A stretch of 57,547 nucleotides of DNA, from IMG/VR virus record IMGVR_UViG_3300045988_027578. One strand, given 5' to 3'. The DNA comes from a virus. The notes under the pieces are model-generated. The model saw only the letters and a list, made by a program, of their open reading frames with translations. It did not search any database and had not been told where the DNA came from. This document shows, piece by piece, positions 25,054 through 35,497 of the stretch. Each line of letters starts with the position of its first letter. Position 1 is the first letter of the stretch. The translations under genes and the position numbers were made by a program.

Positions 25054-26133
25054 ATGACAGACATAAAAATTAAAAAAGCAGTAATTAGAGAAGATTTATT
25101 ATCAATAACAAACGATTATAGAAAAGCAATCATTCTTAATCAGTTTATCTATTGGTCTGAAAGAGTTTCAGATGCCGATAAGTTTATCAAGAAAGAAAAT
25201 GAGATTGCAAAGAGCAATGGAGAAGAGGAAAGAGAGCTTTTCTATGGTTGGATATATAAAACCGCCGAGGAATTAGCTGATGAGGTTATGTTAGGTTTAT
25301 CTGCAAGCCAGATAAGAAGATATATCAGCGATTTGGTGAATATGGGTTATATCTCAAAACGAAATAACCCTAAATATAAGTGGGATAGAACATTACAATA
25401 TAGGGTAAATCTTGTAAATATTGCAAAAGACCTTAAAAAGAATGGCTATCCATTAAGCGATTATAAAATTGAAATTCCAGAAAATGAAAAAACCATTACG
25501 CACGAGTGCGTAATCAATAATGAGCCAATGAAAAATCAAACACAAGCTAGTGACGAAGCAATACCAAAGAGTACTAACATAGATTACTTAAACAAAGATT
25601 ACAAATCAAATAGTACAGAGTGTAATTCTCTTAACAGAGAACAATGTAATTCTTTTTTACCCAAAGATAAAAAAGTGAAAGAGTTTAAGCCGATAAGCGA
25701 ATACTCTCAAAGTGATTGGGAAGTTGCCGAAGAAAGAATGATAAACAGAGCCGGCAAGATAGCTTATGATTGGACTAATGATAAAACGCTCAAAGAAAAT
25801 GTAGAAGCATTCTTTAAATACTTTTTAGATAAACACGGAGAATGTACTGGAGAATATCACTACCCATTAACAGATAAGGTTTTATCAAGAGTAGTAGATA
25901 ATTTAACAAAAGAAACCGACATAGAGCGTGACGGATATACAGATACCTATTATGCGGCTATAAGTGATATGGACGATAATACAGACTACAAGATGTTAGT
26001 TGATGAATATTTCAATACAAAGTTTTCAGCACAATGTGATTACAGCTTAGTTCACTTTTCTTCTGAAAAGGTTTTAATTAACATTATGAATCACGCTTGT
26101 AAGAGTAGTTGGTGTGAAAGTAAGGAATTGTAG
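25054..26133 (+). CDS. winged-helix DNA-binding protein (RepA_N/DnaD-like)
   Basis: ...NQFIYWSERV...GWIYKTAEELADEVMLGLSASQIRRYISDLVNMGYISKR; RBS GTAGGAGG. Confidence 0.4.
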   Translation: MTDIKIKKAVIREDLLSITNDYRKAIILNQFIYWSERVSDADKFIKKENEIAKSNGEEERELFYGWIYKTAEELADEVMLGLSASQIRRYISDLVNMGYISKRNNPKYKWDRTLQYRVNLVNIAKDLKKNGYPLSDYKIEIPENEKTITHECVINNEPMKNQTQASDEAIPKSTNIDYLNKDYKSNSTECNSLNREQCNSFLPKDKKVKEFKPISEYSQSDWEVAEERMINRAGKIAYDWTNDKTLKENVEAFFKYFLDKHGECTGEYHYPLTDKVLSRVVDNLTKETDIERDGYTDTYYAAISDMDDNTDYKMLVDEYFNTKFSAQCDYSLVHFSSEKVLINIMNHACKSSWCESKEL

Positions 26134-26145
26134 GAGGTATTCATT

Positions 26146-26640
26146 ATGAGTTCATATAAAGATTTACAGACCAAGATTTTTGAAAGAGATAATTATACTT
26201 GCAGATATTGCGGAAAGAACAGCAGAGAACACCGGGCGTTGGTAATGGCACATATAAGAACAGCTTCAATGTGCGGTGACGATAGAGAAAGTAATTTAAT
26301 TACATTGTGCAGACATTGTTACAATCACATTTCTAACAATGAGATTAGGGCAAAGTTTGAAACAAAAGAAAATGCTGATTATTTTTGGGGATTATACCAC
26401 GAAAAAGTCAAAGGATATTGTTATTATACAAACTACATCAAAAAGGTATTTGCTGAAAATGGTGTGCTTATGACAAGACCGCAGATTGATAAATATGTCA
26501 GTATATTTGTTAAAAATGATGATGATTTTAACGCTTTCAAAGCAGAACTTCAAAATACAGGTTATAAGAATATGCCATCTAAAATGCGTAGTGATGTAAG
26601 AAAATATAATCATCAAGTTGAAAATCAAAGTAAGGAGTGA
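26146..26640 (+). CDS. HNH endonuclease
   Basis: CRYCGK...AHI...NLITLCRHCYNH. Confidence 0.65.
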   Translation: MSSYKDLQTKIFERDNYTCRYCGKNSREHRALVMAHIRTASMCGDDRESNLITLCRHCYNHISNNEIRAKFETKENADYFWGLYHEKVKGYCYYTNYIKKVFAENGVLMTRPQIDKYVSIFVKNDDDFNAFKAELQNTGYKNMPSKMRSDVRKYNHQVENQSKE

Positions 26641-26645
26641 TTATT

Positions 26646-26840
26646 ATGGCAGCAGGTGTACACCCACTAAACAAAGATAAGTTTTATGAAGCAATTAACT
26701 TATACATATCTGGACAGGCTTCACAGGTAAAGGCAGCAAAAGTAGCAGGTTGTAGCGTACCGACATTTAAGAAATACGCTAACAAGATTTATGGCGGCGA
26801 GGAATTACCGGATAATTTATGGGGGAAGAATGATGATTAA
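26646..26840 (+). CDS. small HTH protein
   Basis: ATG 26646 after AAGGAG; VKAAKVAGCSVPTFKKYANK. Confidence 0.5.
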   Translation: MAAGVHPLNKDKFYEAINLYISGQASQVKAAKVAGCSVPTFKKYANKIYGGEELPDNLWGKNDD

Positions 26841-27069
26841 GAAAATTATTAACTGTTGGATAAGACACAAGACAAAGAACTTAACAAGAATACCATTGTT
26901 TATAATGACATTTAACTATCGTAAATATAAAGCAGACGGGGAGAAGGACAGTTGCATGTTTTACACACACCCGGATATTGCCAATGATGAATTTGTAAAG
27001 GACAAATTACAAGAAGTTGTTGACTATATCAGAGATAACTATGATTTAGACATTTTTACGAGGATTTGA
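26830..27069 (+). CDS. hypothetical protein
   Basis: ATG 26830 after GGGGGAAG. Confidence 0.5.
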   Translation: MMIKKIINCWIRHKTKNLTRIPLFIMTFNYRKYKADGEKDSCMFYTHPDIANDEFVKDKLQEVVDYIRDNYDLDIFTRI

Positions 27070-27077
27070 GGTGTAAT

Positions 27078-27284
27078 ATGTGTGAATTTTGCGAGGAAAA
27101 ATTTCCTGTCATAACGCATTATGGCAAATTTAAGATTGATAAGTTGTCAAATAAACCTGTAATTACATGCGACTTGAATAAATGTCCGTCCTTTGCGGTG
27201 TGTTGCAGTAAAGATATGAATGTTGAAATGGCAATGAAAATAGCTTATTGCCCTATCTGTGGTAGAAAGCTGGTGGAAGAATGA
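27078..27284 (+). CDS. zinc-ribbon protein
   Basis: MCEFCEE...CPICGRK; RBS GAGGTG. Confidence 0.5.
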   Translation: MCEFCEEKFPVITHYGKFKIDKLSNKPVITCDLNKCPSFAVCCSKDMNVEMAMKIAYCPICGRKLVEE

Positions 27285-27559
27285 GTAATATACATAGATT
27301 CAAAGCAGAACCAATAGAAGAAAACCGGGCGTGCGCTAAAGTTACAGTTGATGGCGGGCGGTGCTTATGCAGTTCATATAAAATAGAGCATTATGCCGGA
27401 AGCCTTCCAATGGTTAATATAAACCTTATTGCTGATGTACAATATGAGCAAGATGCAGAAATCAACATTGTAAACTTGCACGAAATAGCTTCACTGATAG
27501 ACAAGAAAACATTCAAGGAATTTTGCAGAGTTTGGGAGGAAATTCACGATGAAGCATAG
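27281..27559 (+). CDS. hypothetical protein
   Basis: ATGA overlap. Confidence 0.55.
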   Translation: MSNIHRFKAEPIEENRACAKVTVDGGRCLCSSYKIEHYAGSLPMVNINLIADVQYEQDAEINIVNLHEIASLIDKKTFKEFCRVWEEIHDEA

Positions 27560-27839
27560 CAAAGAATGGCACACTTGCGATAGGTGCGGTGCGGAAATAG
27601 AAAAGCCTAAAATATGGTATGACCGAATATTCCCTTATCTAAGAACCGTAAATTTAAAAAAGGCTATGTCTTTCAAGGAAATATTTACGGAAATTAAACA
27701 AGGGAGAATAGAGCCGGTCATAAGCACAAATGGCATAGAAAACATTGTATTAGAAGAATACTATTGTACAAAGACAAAGCAAATTGACTTATGCCCTAAG
27801 TGCAGGAAAGATTTTGAGAGGTTTATGAAGAATGAGTAA
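27549..27839 (+). CDS. zinc-ribbon protein
   Basis: CDRCG...CPKC; RBS GGGAGG. Confidence 0.55.
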   Translation: MKHSKEWHTCDRCGAEIEKPKIWYDRIFPYLRTVNLKKAMSFKEIFTEIKQGRIEPVISTNGIENIVLEEYYCTKTKQIDLCPKCRKDFERFMKNE

Positions 27840-27978
27840 CATTGACAATCCTTTATCAGAGTATCAATCGCCACCCGAAGAAGCGGTGATAAATTTCGGT
27901 GTAGATGTTTCAAAAGAAGCAGTAGAAAAAATGCTTTGGAAAAGTTTGGCAGACTGCCACAAAGCCACATTGAAATGA
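27832..27978 (+). CDS. small ORF (48 aa)
   Basis: ATG 27832 overlaps the previous stop; hand-translated MSNIDNPLSEYQSPPEEAVINFG... Confidence 0.4.
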   Translation: MSNIDNPLSEYQSPPEEAVINFGVDVSKEAVEKMLWKSLADCHKATLK

Positions 27979-28029
27979 CTTTTGCTAGGGATTCTAAAAT
28001 AGTTGAAGAAACAAGGAGATTTATGAGAA

Positions 28030-28221
28030 ATGAAAATATCAGAAATGAATAACTGCATTGAGAAAATGCGGGAGTGTTACAAGTTTGATGATAATAAAAC
28101 AAAAATAAGACTTGGAGATATGATAAACGGAAGTAACAGATATGTAACTGTCAGTGTAAGGGATGAAAACGGAACACAGATTGAAATGTCAAGATATGCG
28201 GATGAACTGTACAAGGAGTAA
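28030..28221 (+). CDS. hypothetical protein
   Basis: RBS AAGGAG. Confidence 0.5.
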   Translation: MKISEMNNCIEKMRECYKFDDNKTKIRLGDMINGSNRYVTVSVRDENGTQIEMSRYADELYKE

Positions 28222-28225
28222 GATT

Positions 28226-28408
28226 ATGAAAATAATTAAAAAAGGCGATTTGAACATAGCCAAAAAACCGCGAAGGTTTGAATGCAAGAATTGTGGAACG
28301 ATTTTTGAAGCGATTGAAGAAGAATATATATACTGTGGCGACCAACGAGAGGGCGATAACTGGAAGTGTGAATGTCCTTTGTGCCACGGAGCGGTATATT
28401 ACAACTAA
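28226..28408 (+). CDS. zinc-ribbon protein
   Basis: ATG 28226 after AAGGAG; CKNCG...CPLCHG. Confidence 0.55.
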   Translation: MKIIKKGDLNIAKKPRRFECKNCGTIFEAIEEEYIYCGDQREGDNWKCECPLCHGAVYYN

Positions 28409-28509
28409 AACGATATTACCGGCTACAGATTGATTGTAGTCGCTACCCTAAAACAGTTATAGGCAGAGGTCTATAAGCACCTTTGCTGAAAAGTGGAGGT
28501 GCTTTTCTT

Positions 28510-30234
28510 ATGGCTAGTCAGAGCCTTATTTCTACAGTTAATGGATATGAAAATTACATAAAGAAAAATGGAATTGATGAACAGGTAATCAATGCCTATG
28601 TAGACGCTTGCAGTGTAGCCATAAACGGCGAGAAAGATATTGAGTATGGACTACAACTTACAGAAAGGACAAAAGAGCTTATAGAGCGTTTCTGCAAGGA
28701 TAAGACAGGTGGAACGATATGGGATTTAGAGAAGTATGCGTTTGCAAATAAAACGGAATATGAGCTGATTAATTGGTTTTACGATATTTTACTGATTGAA
28801 GCGCAAAACAAGGTTGTTGACAGTTTTTTTAGATACATAGAAAAGAAACGTGAACCTAAAGAAAGATTCTATATGCCAAGAAGAAAACAGTTTATCAAAA
28901 TAGGCTTAATAGAAGCATTACAAGGCATGATTGATGATAAATATGATATTTTATGTATTTCTCTCCCACCCGGAACAGGAAAAACCACAATCGAAAAGTT
29001 TTTCCATTCTGCGGTTATAGGTTGGTACTCAAACGGATATAACCTCTTTTATTCACACAGCGGAGACATTACACGAATGTACTATGATGGCGTATATGAT
29101 ATTGTCACAAACGCTGACGAGTATACATGGGGAGAAGTGTTCCCTGGACTTGAAGTAACAAGCACAAATGCAAAGCTTGAACAGTTTAACGTAGGAAAAT
29201 ATAAGCCGTTTCAATCTGTACAATGTACATCTGTCGGCAGTAAAAATGCCGGTAAAGTCAGAGCCAATAAATTTCTGCTAGTTGATGATATGATAGGCGG
29301 CATTGAAGAAGCACTTAACCCAACTTATCTTGATAAATTGTGGGATAAATATGCAGTAGATGCACGACAAAGAAAGATACCAGACGAGGATGGAAACCCA
29401 TGTAAAGAAATACATATTGCTACAAGGTGGAGCGTTAGAGACGTAATAGGACGTATTATACAAGCTTATGAGGGAAACAAACGAGTTAAAGTAATATCCG
29501 TGCCTGATGTAGACCCAGTAACAGGAGAAAGTAATTTTGACTTTGAATTTGGTGGCTATACAGTAAAGGATTTTGAAGATATTCAGCTACTTATGGATGA
29601 AATCTCATATCGCTGCCTGTATAAACAAGACCCTATAGAACGTGAGGGCTTATTATTCCCAGACGATAAAATCCGAAGATACCTCAATTTGCCACACGGA
29701 GAGCCAGAAATTATCACAGCTCAATGCGACACAAAAGGAAAAGGTACAGATTATTTTGTACTGCCTGTATTGCAAAAATACGGAGAAGATTATTACTGCG
29801 TTGATTGTGTGTGCGACAACACAGCAGATTATGAAGAACAATACAGAAATGCTGCAGGTGTACTTGTAAATAACAAAGTGCAAGAGTGCGAATTTGAGCG
29901 TAATGCCGGTGGCGACAGGGTTGCAATGGAGGTTAATAAGCGTGTAGAGAGTGTAGGTTGGATATGTAATATTACAGACACGCCGACTGAAACAAACAAA
30001 GAGGCAAGGATTTTTCAATGCTCTAACTGGATTTTGCAACACATTATTTTTAAAGACGCATCACTTTACAAACCTAATGAACCATATGGAGTAATGATGT
30101 CGCTTTTAAAACAGTATTCAGTATCAGGGAAGAAACAGCTTGATGATGTTCCAGATGTATTTTCAAATTTTGCATTGAGGATGACAAAAGGAAATCGAGT
30201 TAAAAAAACAGTCATTATGTCAAGCCCAATATAG
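28510..30234 (+). CDS. terL: terminase large subunit
   Basis: Walker A SLPPGTGKTT and Walker B-like LLVDDMIGG, plus a C-terminal nuclease-type acidic residue pattern. Lies next to the portal module. Confidence 0.85.
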   Translation: MASQSLISTVNGYENYIKKNGIDEQVINAYVDACSVAINGEKDIEYGLQLTERTKELIERFCKDKTGGTIWDLEKYAFANKTEYELINWFYDILLIEAQNKVVDSFFRYIEKKREPKERFYMPRRKQFIKIGLIEALQGMIDDKYDILCISLPPGTGKTTIEKFFHSAVIGWYSNGYNLFYSHSGDITRMYYDGVYDIVTNADEYTWGEVFPGLEVTSTNAKLEQFNVGKYKPFQSVQCTSVGSKNAGKVRANKFLLVDDMIGGIEEALNPTYLDKLWDKYAVDARQRKIPDEDGNPCKEIHIATRWSVRDVIGRIIQAYEGNKRVKVISVPDVDPVTGESNFDFEFGGYTVKDFEDIQLLMDEISYRCLYKQDPIEREGLLFPDDKIRRYLNLPHGEPEIITAQCDTKGKGTDYFVLPVLQKYGEDYYCVDCVCDNTADYEEQYRNAAGVLVNNKVQECEFERNAGGDRVAMEVNKRVESVGWICNITDTPTETNKEARIFQCSNWILQHIIFKDASLYKPNEPYGVMMSLLKQYSVSGKKQLDDVPDVFSNFALRMTKGNRVKKTVIMSSPI

Positions 30235-30248
30235 GAGGTTAATCTATT

Positions 30249-30680
30249 ATGACAACTAAGGATTATCTTAATCAAATCAGTAGACTTAATCGTATGATAA
30301 ATAACAAGTTAACAGAGATAGCACAACTTAGAGAGCTTTCTTGCAGCATATCGGCAGTAAAAAATGAAGAAAGAGTATTATCATCATCAGACCCAGATAA
30401 AATAGGTACTACATATGCTAAGATTGACGAAATGGAACGCAATCTTGACAGAATGATAGATGAATACATTGATAAGAAAAATACGATTACAAGGCAAATA
30501 GACAGCATAGAAGATGAAGATTACTACAACGTACTTTTTTCAAGATACATTGAAAAAAAGACATTTGAAGTAATTGCTACAGAAATGAATTTTTCATACA
30601 GAAATGTAACAAGACTTCACGGAAGAGCGTTAAAAGTATTTGAAGAAAAATATGGCAATAGTTATTTAAAGTTGTCCTAG
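30249..30680 (+). CDS. sigma-factor-like HTH protein (DUF1492/RinA-ArpU-like late regulator)
   Basis: C-terminus YYNVLFSRYIEKKTFEVIATEMNFSYRNVTRLHGRALKVFE (region-4-like). Confidence 0.55.
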   Translation: MTTKDYLNQISRLNRMINNKLTEIAQLRELSCSISAVKNEERVLSSSDPDKIGTTYAKIDEMERNLDRMIDEYIDKKNTITRQIDSIEDEDYYNVLFSRYIEKKTFEVIATEMNFSYRNVTRLHGRALKVFEEKYGNSYLKLS

Positions 30681-30814
30681 AATGTCCTATTGCACTAATG
30701 ATATACTGTATCTGTAAGAAATTACAGAGCTGTTTTTCATAAACAAAACATTCCTTATCAAAAAGCACTGTTACTTAATTGTGGCGGTGTTTTTGTTATG
30801 CAAAGAGGTAATAT

Positions 30815-31024
30815 ATGGAATTTTATATGAATAAAGACAAGTCAATTATGTGTCCGAACTGCCATAAGTTTTTAACTAAGGCGGATAAGGAAGACCCACG
30901 CACACATAAATTAGCGTGTAAGCATTGCCACAAATGGATATGGTATGTGCCTAACGATGATGATAATTTTCAAATTAAAGAAATACCGGATAGCAGAAGT
31001 TCAAGCGGTATGACATTTTATTAG
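30815..31024 (+). CDS. zinc-ribbon protein
   Basis: CPNCHK...CKHCHK; RBS AGAGG. Confidence 0.5.
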   Translation: MEFYMNKDKSIMCPNCHKFLTKADKEDPRTHKLACKHCHKWIWYVPNDDDNFQIKEIPDSRSSSGMTFY

Positions 31025-31035
31025 AGGTGTAGACA

Positions 31036-32628
31036 ATGCAGACAGGAAGAATTGCTATTTATACAGGTGCAAAAGAAATAACACCTGACAATATAATACC
31101 AATTTTGCGTGAAGCAATTTTGGAGCATGATATTAATTCCAACAGAATACAGTTTCTTCTTGATTATGATGCAGGAATACAACCAATAGTTAGGAAGAAT
31201 CCAAAGACTTACAGACCGGACATTGACTGTGAGTGCTGCGACAATGTGGCTAACGAAGTCACAGAGTTTAATTTAGGTTTTAAGTGGGGAAATCCTATAA
31301 CGCTAGTTCAAAATAGCGACAATGAGGATTCTAACCTCACAGAAGCTATAGCGGAATTAAACAGTTGCTACGAATCACAAAACGCAAGGCAGAAGCAGCA
31401 GGAACTTGCAAGATATGTTGAAATCGGCGGCGTTGGATATGTCCTTATTGATGTAAATACAGAATATGAAGATGGGGAAAGCTATTTTACATATGATGTA
31501 TTAGATCCAAGAACAACATTTGTTGTAAGGTCAACAGCTTATAGCGATAAGAGGGTTATTCTTGCAGGTACTTATATCAAAGACAAACACAGCGGTACAA
31601 GATATTACACTTGTTTTACAAAAGATATTCGCTATGAAGTTACGGATGGAATAAAAATTACTAACGGACCAGAAAAAGGAAAAACAAAATGGGGATTTTT
31701 AGAGAGAAGTGGAGAAGAGAATCCATTACATAAAATTCCTATTATTGAATATACAAGGTCATTTGATAGAATGGGCTGTTTTGAACGGCAAATATCTGAA
31801 ATGGATAACTTAAACCTACTTATTTCAGATTTTACAAATGATGTTGAACAGAATACGCAGGCGGTATGGCATACGAATGATGTTGATTTCCCAGTTGAAC
31901 AGGAAACAACAGTTGATAAAGATGGAACACCGCACATCACTAAAAAAGTAAGGAAACCAAAATCCGGAGAATGGATGCAGACCTATACATCAGCAGATGG
32001 CAAAACTCCAATAGTTGAGCCACTTGCAATCAATTATGATTACACAGGTATGCTTAACAATATCCAATCAAGGCGACAGATAATCTTGCAGAAATGTAAT
32101 GTGCCACAACGAAATGATAATAGCGGTGGCAGTACAGGAGTTGCAATGTCAGATGCAACAGGTTGGTCACAGGCTGAAACAGCGGCGGCAAAACAGCAAT
32201 TAATTACTGATGGCTGCAAAATGGAAGAGATAAAAGTTGTTCTTGCAGCTATCAAACTGTCAAACAATGTTGCCAGCAGTAACCCATTACTTAAATTAAG
32301 GTCAAGAGATGTAAAACCTAACATTAAGCGACAAAAAACTTATGAAATGTCAACCAAGGTTAATGCCATGGCAACATTGATAAGTCACGGATTTAGCCTT
32401 AAAGATACAGTTGATGCAATTCCATTCTTTGATGACCCTAACGATGTTGTAGCAAGAAGTGGAGAAATGGTTAAGGCATATCAAGACAGTATAATCAACA
32501 AAGATACACAGAATCAAGCAGAGGGCGGAGATGGAGAACAACCACCTAATAAAGACCGCACAATGCAAGACTTATCAGACCAGACAGAAAATAGTCCGGT
32601 TATAGATAAGAGCAGAACAGATAAATAA
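31036..32628 (+). CDS. portal protein (SPP1 gp6-like)
   Basis: 530 aa, positioned between terL and the scaffold/capsid genes, with an acidic C-terminal tail. Confidence 0.8.
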   Translation: MQTGRIAIYTGAKEITPDNIIPILREAILEHDINSNRIQFLLDYDAGIQPIVRKNPKTYRPDIDCECCDNVANEVTEFNLGFKWGNPITLVQNSDNEDSNLTEAIAELNSCYESQNARQKQQELARYVEIGGVGYVLIDVNTEYEDGESYFTYDVLDPRTTFVVRSTAYSDKRVILAGTYIKDKHSGTRYYTCFTKDIRYEVTDGIKITNGPEKGKTKWGFLERSGEENPLHKIPIIEYTRSFDRMGCFERQISEMDNLNLLISDFTNDVEQNTQAVWHTNDVDFPVEQETTVDKDGTPHITKKVRKPKSGEWMQTYTSADGKTPIVEPLAINYDYTGMLNNIQSRRQIILQKCNVPQRNDNSGGSTGVAMSDATGWSQAETAAAKQQLITDGCKMEEIKVVLAAIKLSNNVASSNPLLKLRSRDVKPNIKRQKTYEMSTKVNAMATLISHGFSLKDTVDAIPFFDDPNDVVARSGEMVKAYQDSIINKDTQNQAEGGDGEQPPNKDRTMQDLSDQTENSPVIDKSRTDK

Positions 32629-32638
32629 ATTGATATTG

Positions 32639-32671
32639 AGCCACAGGGTAGAAATGCCTTGTGGCTTTTTA
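32639..32671 (+). terminator. hairpin / weak terminator
   Basis: AGCCACA-14 nt-TGTGGCT followed by TTTT. Confidence 0.55.
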
Positions 32672-32754
32672 TATGCCCTAGAGAAAGGGCAATACAAATA
32701 TCGCAAGAAGTTGAGAGAACAACAAAAAACGCAGAAAGCAGAGGTAAAGAAATT

Positions 32755-33333
32755 ATGGCAGATGTAACTAACACAACAACAGAACCAACAACTAACAATG
32801 AACCACAGAACGAAGAACAGACACCTAGCGTAGAAGAGCTTATGGCGCAGCTTGCTAGTGAAAGAGCTGAAAAAGAAAAGTATAAGAACGCTTCAGATAA
32901 AGCCAGTTCAGAAGCAGCTAAGTACAAGAAAGAACTTCGCTCAAAGCAGACAGCAGAAGAACAGGAAGCGGAAGCAAAGGCGGAAGCTGAAAAGTTGCAG
33001 GCTGAAAAGTTTGAGAACATGAGTAAAGAGCTTAATCATATGAAAGCTGTCAATGCTTATCAGAAAGTTATAGGTGATGGAAAGGATATTGATTCTTTGA
33101 TTGAGGCGGTTGCAGATGCAGACCATAGCCTTATAGCAACTGTAATTGCCAATGAAGTGCAAAGACAGGTTAAAGAAGCTAAGGCAGAGTGGCTTAAATC
33201 GAGACCGGCTATTAATGCAGGCGGTGGAGAAGAAAGCACGATAACACAGGAACAGTTCAACAAGATGAATTACCACGAAAGAGTGGAGTTCAAAAATAAG
33301 AATCCAGAACTTTATAAGAAGTTCACAGAGTAG
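32755..33333 (+). CDS. capsid scaffolding protein
   Basis: ATG 32755 after AGAGG. E/K/A-rich coiled coil immediately upstream of the capsid gene. Confidence 0.7.
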   Translation: MADVTNTTTEPTTNNEPQNEEQTPSVEELMAQLASERAEKEKYKNASDKASSEAAKYKKELRSKQTAEEQEAEAKAEAEKLQAEKFENMSKELNHMKAVNAYQKVIGDGKDIDSLIEAVADADHSLIATVIANEVQRQVKEAKAEWLKSRPAINAGGGEESTITQEQFNKMNYHERVEFKNKNPELYKKFTE

Positions 33334-33353
33334 AAAACGGAGGTAAACAAACT

Positions 33354-34385
33354 ATGCCACAGACTAAGTTAGCAAATTTAGTAGATCCACAGGTAATGGC
33401 TGATATGGTATCAGCTAAGTTGCCAAAGAAGATTAAGTTCTCGCCTATCGCAAGAGTTGATACAACACTTGTAGGCAGACCGGGAAGCACAATTGTTGTG
33501 CCAAAGTATGCTTATATTGGTGACGCAGAAGATGTAGCAGAAGGTGTTGCTATGGGTACAACAGTACTTACAACATCTACAACAGAAGCAAAGGTTAAGA
33601 AAGCAGGTAAGGCTGTAGAGCTTACAGATGAATCAGTATTATCTGGTTATGGCGACCCACTTGGTACAGCTATCAACCAGATTGCTATGTCAATCGCTGC
33701 AAAGGTAGATAATGACAGCTATGACGCACTTTGCACAGCACCTATTGATTACGATGGAACAGCAGCACCTATCAGCTATTCAGCAGTTGTAGCGGCTAAT
33801 AGCAAGTTTGATGATGAATCAGATTCATCACTTACAAAGATACTGTTCATTAATCCGGCACAGGAAGCCACATTGCTTAATGACGATGATTTTAAGAGCA
33901 ACGATAAGTACCCACTTAATGTGATTATGAACGGCACTATCGGCTCTATTGCAGGAGCGCAGGTTGTTAAGTCTAAGAAAGTTAAGCTGGTTAAGTATGA
34001 ACTTGATGATTCAACAGGAACAATCAATGTTGTAGCTGATACAACAAGCGAGGATGCAACGAATGTTCACCTTGACACAGCACTTGCACACACGCTTAAG
34101 CAAAAGGATAAAGAAATCAAGGTAGGTAGCAAGTTAAAGGCTGTTACAACAGAGTTCTATGCTTGTCCTATTGTTATCGTATCAGCAGAAGACCCTAACG
34201 AGGACACAGGTGCAGATGGCGTGTCAGAGGAAGAGAACGCACTTACAATCTATATGAAGAGAAGCGTTGAGATTGAATCGGACAGAGACATTCTTGCAAA
34301 GACAACTGTTATCTCTGGCGATGAACACTATACAGCTGTTCTTAGCAATGATTCTAAGGTTGTTCTTGCTAAGTTTGGAAAGTAA
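33354..34385 (+). CDS. major capsid protein (N4-gp56/HK97-fold type)
   Basis: MPQTKLANLVDPQVMADMVSAKLPKKIKFSP...VPKYAYIGDAEDVAEG is typical of this capsid family. Confidence 0.85.
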   Translation: MPQTKLANLVDPQVMADMVSAKLPKKIKFSPIARVDTTLVGRPGSTIVVPKYAYIGDAEDVAEGVAMGTTVLTTSTTEAKVKKAGKAVELTDESVLSGYGDPLGTAINQIAMSIAAKVDNDSYDALCTAPIDYDGTAAPISYSAVVAANSKFDDESDSSLTKILFINPAQEATLLNDDDFKSNDKYPLNVIMNGTIGSIAGAQVVKSKKVKLVKYELDDSTGTINVVADTTSEDATNVHLDTALAHTLKQKDKEIKVGSKLKAVTTEFYACPIVIVSAEDPNEDTGADGVSEEENALTIYMKRSVEIESDRDILAKTTVISGDEHYTAVLSNDSKVVLAKFGK

Positions 34386-34396
34386 GAGGTGTTTAT

Positions 34397-34675
34397 ATGT
34401 TATTAAGACGACATAAAATCAACGCCGCAAAGCAGAGCGAAGAAGTAACAGCAGATAATGCAAGACAGGAAGCTGTTTATGGAGATGAGCTTAAGTATGA
34501 GGAAGAGCAGGACAAGTTCCCTGCTCAACCTACAAACGATTACACAAAGACAGCTATTAAGCGTATGCCAACAGCGGACTTACAGACACTTGCCTTAGAA
34601 CAAGGTATTGAGAACGCAATGGAGCTTACAGGAGCAGAACTTAAAGAACTGTTAATTGAGAAATTAAGGTTATAG
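34397..34675 (+). CDS. Rho_N/SAP-like small head protein
   Basis: C-terminus DLQTLALEQGIENAMELTGAELKELLIEKL. Confidence 0.5.
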   Translation: MLLRRHKINAAKQSEEVTADNARQEAVYGDELKYEEEQDKFPAQPTNDYTKTAIKRMPTADLQTLALEQGIENAMELTGAELKELLIEKLRL

Positions 34676-34686
34676 GAGCTGAAATT

Positions 34687-35064
34687 ATGGAATACACCAC
34701 ATTGGAGCAAGTCAAAATCAGACTTAAACAATTTCATATTGATACAGTCACAAATGATGATGAAACGACATCTGATGTGGTAGTGTTCGATAGCAAAGAA
34801 GATAATCCGATAATCGAACAGCTCATTAAGCAAGCTACAGAAGATGTAAAGGCGAGAAGAAACTACCCCGACAGCTACACAGATGAAATGATAACTGAAG
34901 ATTTGAAGAAATTTGAAAGCGTTATCGTTAATCTTGCGGTCTATGACCATTCACAAGCAGGCGAAGAATTTATGGCGAGTTTTAGCGAGAATGGTGTAAA
35001 CAGAACTTGGAGAGACAGAGATAGCTTATTTGTTGGGATATTTCCATTTGCCAAAGTGCTATAG
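34687..35064 (+). CDS. head-tail connector (gp6-like)
   Basis: Position and size; N-terminus TLEQVKIRLKQ... is typical of this family. Confidence 0.6.
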   Translation: MEYTTLEQVKIRLKQFHIDTVTNDDETTSDVVVFDSKEDNPIIEQLIKQATEDVKARRNYPDSYTDEMITEDLKKFESVIVNLAVYDHSQAGEEFMASFSENGVNRTWRDRDSLFVGIFPFAKVL

Positions 35065-35169
35065 AAGATTGTGCGTTAGCATTTTGCTGATGTCAGCAAT
35101 ATGTTAGCAGGCGGCACACATTAAGGGTGGTGGGTGGTGTGCCTATTAATTTAGAAAGGCGGTATATCA

Positions 35170-35493
35170 ATGCCAATAGCAGTAATTATAAGCATAATTT
35201 CAGTTGCTTTTTCCGTCTTTTTCGGATTTTTCAGTTTATCATTCAACTCTAAGAATGATAAACGAAGTGACAGAGTAGAACTTGAAGAGCGTGTGAAAGA
35301 GAACACGCGAATAAATATGAAACTTGACGCAATATCCAACAATACAACGGAGATTAAGAACGAAGTCACAGAAATGCGGAAAGAACTTAATTCTCACGAT
35401 AGTAGGATAGTTAAAGTTGAAGAAAGTGTTAAGTCGGCGCATCACAGAATTGATGGCATAGAGACAAGACTTAATGATGACAAGGAGGTATAG
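35170..35493 (+). CDS. N-terminally membrane-anchored coiled-coil protein (holin-associated, XhlA-like in composition)
   Basis: TM segment IAVIISIISVAFSVFFGFFSL followed by a heptad-rich region. Confidence 0.45.
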   Translation: MPIAVIISIISVAFSVFFGFFSLSFNSKNDKRSDRVELEERVKENTRINMKLDAISNNTTEIKNEVTEMRKELNSHDSRIVKVEESVKSAHHRIDGIETRLNDDKEV

Positions 35494-35497
35494 CAGA